Virus record (IMG/VR): IMGVR_UViG_3300034069_000526
Span: 1 to 43,874 of that record
DNA from: a virus
Direction: 5' to 3' (one strand)
Length of the DNA: 43,874 nucleotides
Position 1 is the stretch's first letter; each line of letters opens with the position of its first letter. Of the stretch, positions 41,128 to 43,874 are shown one piece after another. The notes under the pieces were generated by a model. The model had not been told where the DNA came from and ran no database searches. It saw only the letters and a list, made by a program, of their open reading frames with translations. The position numbers were made by a program, and so were the translations under genes.

Positions 41128-41531
41128 ACGGACTTCCCTTCGTCGCTGCTCTGCGTCTGTGGGGATAGGGCGGACATCGGCGTAACAACCAGCGCGCGCC
41201 GGGCCGAAAGGTCGCCGTTGGTGCCGCCCCAGAAATACTCGCCGCTCTCGATTACGTAGGCATCTTGTTGGCCGGCCTTGCTCGAATACTCGCTCTTGAA
41301 GCAGAGCATGCCAGCGTAGCGAAACAGCCCCGGCGGGCAGTCAACAAACGCGCACGGCTCTCCGGCTTCCAGATCAGCTACGCGATCTCCCTGGAGTGGA
41401 GAGGCGGGGGATGCGGCGATCATGGCAGACCAGACGTTTGCGGCGGTTCTATCTCCAAGCCGCATAACTCCATCAACGGCCCCAAGCATTTCCTCGGTAG
41501 GCTTGCGCGGCACCAGCGCCCAATCAGTCAT
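41124..41531 (-). CDS. hypothetical protein (135 aa)
   Basis: AAGGGAGGGAAG upstream of ATG 41531, in ATGA overlap. Confidence 0.6.
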   Translation of the reverse strand: MTDWALVPRKPTEEMLGAVDGVMRLGDRTAANVWSAMIAASPASPLQGDRVADLEAGEPCAFVDCPPGLFRYAGMLCFKSEYSSKAGQQDAYVIESGEYFWGGTNGDLSARRALVVTPMSALSPQTQSSDEGKSV

Positions 41532-41956
41532 GCTCTTCCCTCCCTTATTTTCAGCATTCGTGCCGCTTGTCGATTGCGATGGCATGTTCTGCACTCTCGT
41601 TGTCCGTGTGGATGTAGGCGCATGTTGTCGCCACTAAGCGGATGGCCGCGCTTACAGTGTGTCTGCCGCATATGCGCGTAACGACCCCGCTCAAACATCT
41701 CGCGGTTGTTTTCTCGGATTGTACCCCAACGCAAATGGGAGGGATTGCGGCACGGCGGGTTGTCGCACGAATGCAAAGCACAAAGCCCTAACGGACGTTC
41801 ATGCCCAGCAATGACAAGAGACAGGTGCGTGGCTCGTTTGGCGCCTAACATGCCATAGCCCTTTGCTGCACGAACCCCTGTCCACAGCCAGCATTCATCG
41901 GGACCAGCCTTCGCTACCTTGCCCCAAAACTTCTTCGCGGTTACATCGTCAATCAT
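41528..41956 (-). CDS. HNH homing endonuclease (HNH_3-like)
   Basis: ECWLWTG...KGYG ... LHSCDNPPCRNPSHLRWGT..EN; AAGGAG upstream. Confidence 0.8.
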   Translation of the reverse strand: MIDDVTAKKFWGKVAKAGPDECWLWTGVRAAKGYGMLGAKRATHLSLVIAGHERPLGLCALHSCDNPPCRNPSHLRWGTIRENNREMFERGRYAHMRQTHCKRGHPLSGDNMRLHPHGQRECRTCHRNRQAARMLKIREGRA

Positions 41957-41981
41957 CAGGTCGGCGCTCCTTGCCGTTTGG

Positions 41982-42014
41982 GTGACGCTGGCGGGGTCGA
42001 ATACGCCGCGTCAC
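41982..42014 (-). other. two-tier hairpin (minihelix-like) upstream of the HNH gene
   Basis: GTGACGC/GCGTCAC (7 bp) encloses GGCG/CGCC with loop GGGTCGAATA, which is T-loop-like on the plus strand. Confidence 0.4.
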
Positions 42015-42020
42015 CACTGA

Positions 42021-42596
42021 CTATGACACCCTTGGGTTCTTGTCGCAAGAAGAACCATCCGACGCATCGGCAGTGCCTTGATGCTCGGAGAGGGCGGCGA
42101 GGATGCCATCGGACTTCGCCAGAATGCGATCTGCGATCACCCGGCTATTATCGAAGCTGACGACCTTGCCGAGCACAGCTAGGCAGGCATCGCGCACCTC
42201 GTCAGCAACATGGCCGTGAAGGTCCGCACGTTGCGCATCCCCGCTATAGGGAGAACGGGGCTGGGCGACTGCCGCGAGCGTCGCCAAGATCATTTCCGCG
42301 TCGGTCCAAACCCATTCGGTCATTGGCATCCGGCGAAGGTGCGCGAGCAAGGACGCGGGGTCCTTGGCGCACGATGGAGCAACCGGCAGAAGCCAAGGCA
42401 ACGTTTCCGGCTTCTCCTCCCCGATCGTCGGCGCATTGCCTTCGGGGTTGGCGAGCAGGGCCTTGAGGTCCGCGACTTTCACATCCAGCGACCACTCGTT
42501 CGGATCAGCTTCTCGGCCGCACATCGCCTCATGCTCGCCTTCCAGGTCGGCAATCATGCCGGCGACACGATCCCGTGCTTCCTGTACGGTGCTCAT
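42021..42596 (-). CDS. hypothetical protein (191 aa)
   Basis: ATG 42596 in ATGA overlap; GAGGTG upstream. Confidence 0.6.
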   Translation of the reverse strand: MSTVQEARDRVAGMIADLEGEHEAMCGREADPNEWSLDVKVADLKALLANPEGNAPTIGEEKPETLPWLLPVAPSCAKDPASLLAHLRRMPMTEWVWTDAEMILATLAAVAQPRSPYSGDAQRADLHGHVADEVRDACLAVLGKVVSFDNSRVIADRILAKSDGILAALSEHQGTADASDGSSCDKNPRVS

Positions 42597-42736
42597 GCTG
42601 GCACCTCGCGATAAGTGCGTGGCCACGGGCAAGGGATGCCATACCCGGCGAGCGGATCGGGCATGCCCAACGCCCTCAGCATCACCTCTTCATATGTACG
42701 AGGCAGCCGCGTCCATGATGGATGTGTCGGGCTCAT
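42593..42736 (-). CDS. hypothetical small protein (47 aa)
   Basis: ATGA overlaps at both ends; below the track cutoff. Confidence 0.4.
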   Translation of the reverse strand: MSPTHPSWTRLPRTYEEVMLRALGMPDPLAGYGIPCPWPRTYREVPA

Positions 42737-43236
42737 GATGCCTGTTCCTTATTTGCGAGGGTGGCGCGGGCGCGGCGGAGTGCTTCACGGCCAGCATCGG
42801 CGATCACGTAGAAGTCGTCGCCGGGCATGCAGGCGCCATCGGGGTTGTCGTGAACCTCGGGATCAAAGTCCGTCGAAGTGACCAATCCCGCCTTCGTCGC
42901 GCAGATGGTGACCAAGTCGTTGACCTCGATCTCCCACTGGCCATCCGTGAAGGCGTCCCACAGCGTCGAGAATATCAGCGCGCCGAAGTCCGCCAGCTTG
43001 GTCTGGACCTCCAGCGCCTCCGTCAGTTCTCTAATGCGAGAGGATTGAGCGGCTTCGGTGGTGAGGCGGTGGCGAGCGAAGGCTTGGATGAGGTTGCCCC
43101 CATCGCCCTCGTCTTCGCCAAACCGAGCGCCCGCCTTCTTGTCCTTTACGGCCACCATCAGCTTGTCGAGCATGGCATTGTGAAACGCCTTCACGGCATC
43201 CCGATCCGCCTGCGTTACAGGCAACATGTCGCTCAT
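42733..43236 (-). CDS. hypothetical protein (167 aa)
   Basis: ATG 43236 in ATGA overlap. Confidence 0.6.
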   Translation of the reverse strand: MSDMLPVTQADRDAVKAFHNAMLDKLMVAVKDKKAGARFGEDEGDGGNLIQAFARHRLTTEAAQSSRIRELTEALEVQTKLADFGALIFSTLWDAFTDGQWEIEVNDLVTICATKAGLVTSTDFDPEVHDNPDGACMPGDDFYVIADAGREALRRARATLANKEQAS

Positions 43237-43364
43237 TTGCGCGCCCTCTTGTTCTGATAAGCGTCGACCACGACGGGCGTGTGGTAGTGCGGCTTGGTTT
43301 CGCCGCAGATTGGGCACGCAAAGCTACCCGTCTCCTGTGTCACCACGGCCTCCCCCTCAGTCAT
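43233..43364 (-). CDS. small zinc-ribbon-like protein (43 aa)
   Basis: ATG 43364 in ATGACTGA overlap; CPICGETKPHYH. Confidence 0.45.
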   Translation of the reverse strand: MTEGEAVVTQETGSFACPICGETKPHYHTPVVVDAYQNKRARK

Positions 43365-43599
43365 GGCGGGCCTCGCGAGCTGAAAGCATGGCGTCGGCGT
43401 ATTGGTAGGCGAGAGTCGCTGCACCGGCTTTCGCCTCAATCGTCCAGCTAAGTTCGCTGGTAACGTCACGGTTTCCGCACAGGCCGCACAACGCCTGTCC
43501 CGCGTACCAGTCGCGCAGGGTCATGCCGGGCTGCTCATGCTCAAACGACGTGAAGCGCCCACGCGGAAACGCTGGCGGGTTCTCCGGCTTGTCAGTCAT
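43357..43599 (-). CDS. hypothetical protein (80 aa)
   Basis: ATG 43599 in ATGACTGA overlap; MTLRDWYAGQAL ... AYQYADAMLSAR motif common in phage early genes. Confidence 0.55.
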   Translation of the reverse strand: MTDKPENPPAFPRGRFTSFEHEQPGMTLRDWYAGQALCGLCGNRDVTSELSWTIEAKAGAATLAYQYADAMLSAREARHD

Positions 43600-43874
43600 G
43601 GCGGGCCTCCGTGCGTGCGATGGCGGCGGCCTCGCGGAGTTTGGCGACCACCTCGGCTTGAGTGCGCTCGGGAACGTCGTTCCAGTCAGACGCGGCGGTC
43701 CCAACGGTAATCTCGAACGCATTCATCGCGTCTCTCGCCAAGGGATTGATTACCCAAGGATCAACGGGATTGTGGCCGGCCTCTTTCGCGATTGCGCCTA
43801 GCACGCACCAACAAGCTGGCTTTCGAGGTGCAACCAAGTCGCCGTTATGGCATCCGGATGCGGTTCTGCTGAAC
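43592..43874 (-). CDS. C-terminal part of junction-spanning DUF6197-like gene (the start lies at the position equivalent to 257)
   Basis: ORF open to the window end; see feature 1..257. Confidence 0.6.
   Translation of the reverse strand, partial: FSRTASGCHNGDLVAPRKPACWCVLGAIAKEAGHNPVDPWVINPLARDAMNAFEITVGTAASDWNDVPERTQAEVVAKLREAAAIARTEARHD
43734..43874. repeat. terminal direct repeat copy B (identical to 1..141)
   Basis: Base-for-base identity with the first 141 nt. Confidence 0.97.

Overview
The window is one complete, visibly GC-rich tailed-phage genome of 43,733 bp plus a 141-bp overlap: positions 1-141 are identical to 43734-43874, and a gene reads through the join in frame. Product calls rest on motifs recalled from memory, gene order and ribosome-binding-site context; no database search was possible. 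Two divergent transcription units start at about 5113-5230. The rightward unit (5231 to about 37742) holds small regulators (Cro-like HTH, OmpR-type winged helix, GcrA-like), RusA, a replication organiser and a T7 gp4-type primase-helicase. These are followed by TerS and TerL and a P22-type morphogenesis set: portal, scaffold, coat, gp4-like, gp10-like, three ejection proteins, fibre and SGNH tailspike. The unit ends with a GH24 lysis cassette. The leftward unit runs from 5112 to 1 and continues from 43733 to 37916. It carries about 45 mostly tiny genes chained by ATGA/GTGA overlaps, including NinB-like, a Ref-like HNH, YqaJ exonuclease, Erf, DUF4326 and HNH endonucleases. The GcrA-like gene points to an alphaproteobacterial host. 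No integrase, CI-type repressor, canonical tRNA, CRISPR array or reverse transcriptase was seen. The most unusual signal is a family of three intergenic palindromic elements that each begin at a stop codon (24291, 25857, 37743). They have GC-rich inverted arms, and two of them carry antisense tRNA-like cores with T-arm motifs. Other notable items are:
- a primase zinc finger encoded out of frame with its TOPRIM-helicase body;
- a 3.8-kb non-P22 insert between the coat and gp4 genes that contains an antisense HNH-like gene;
- three low-GC morons;
- a minimal nucleotidyltransferase-like ORF inside the recombination module.
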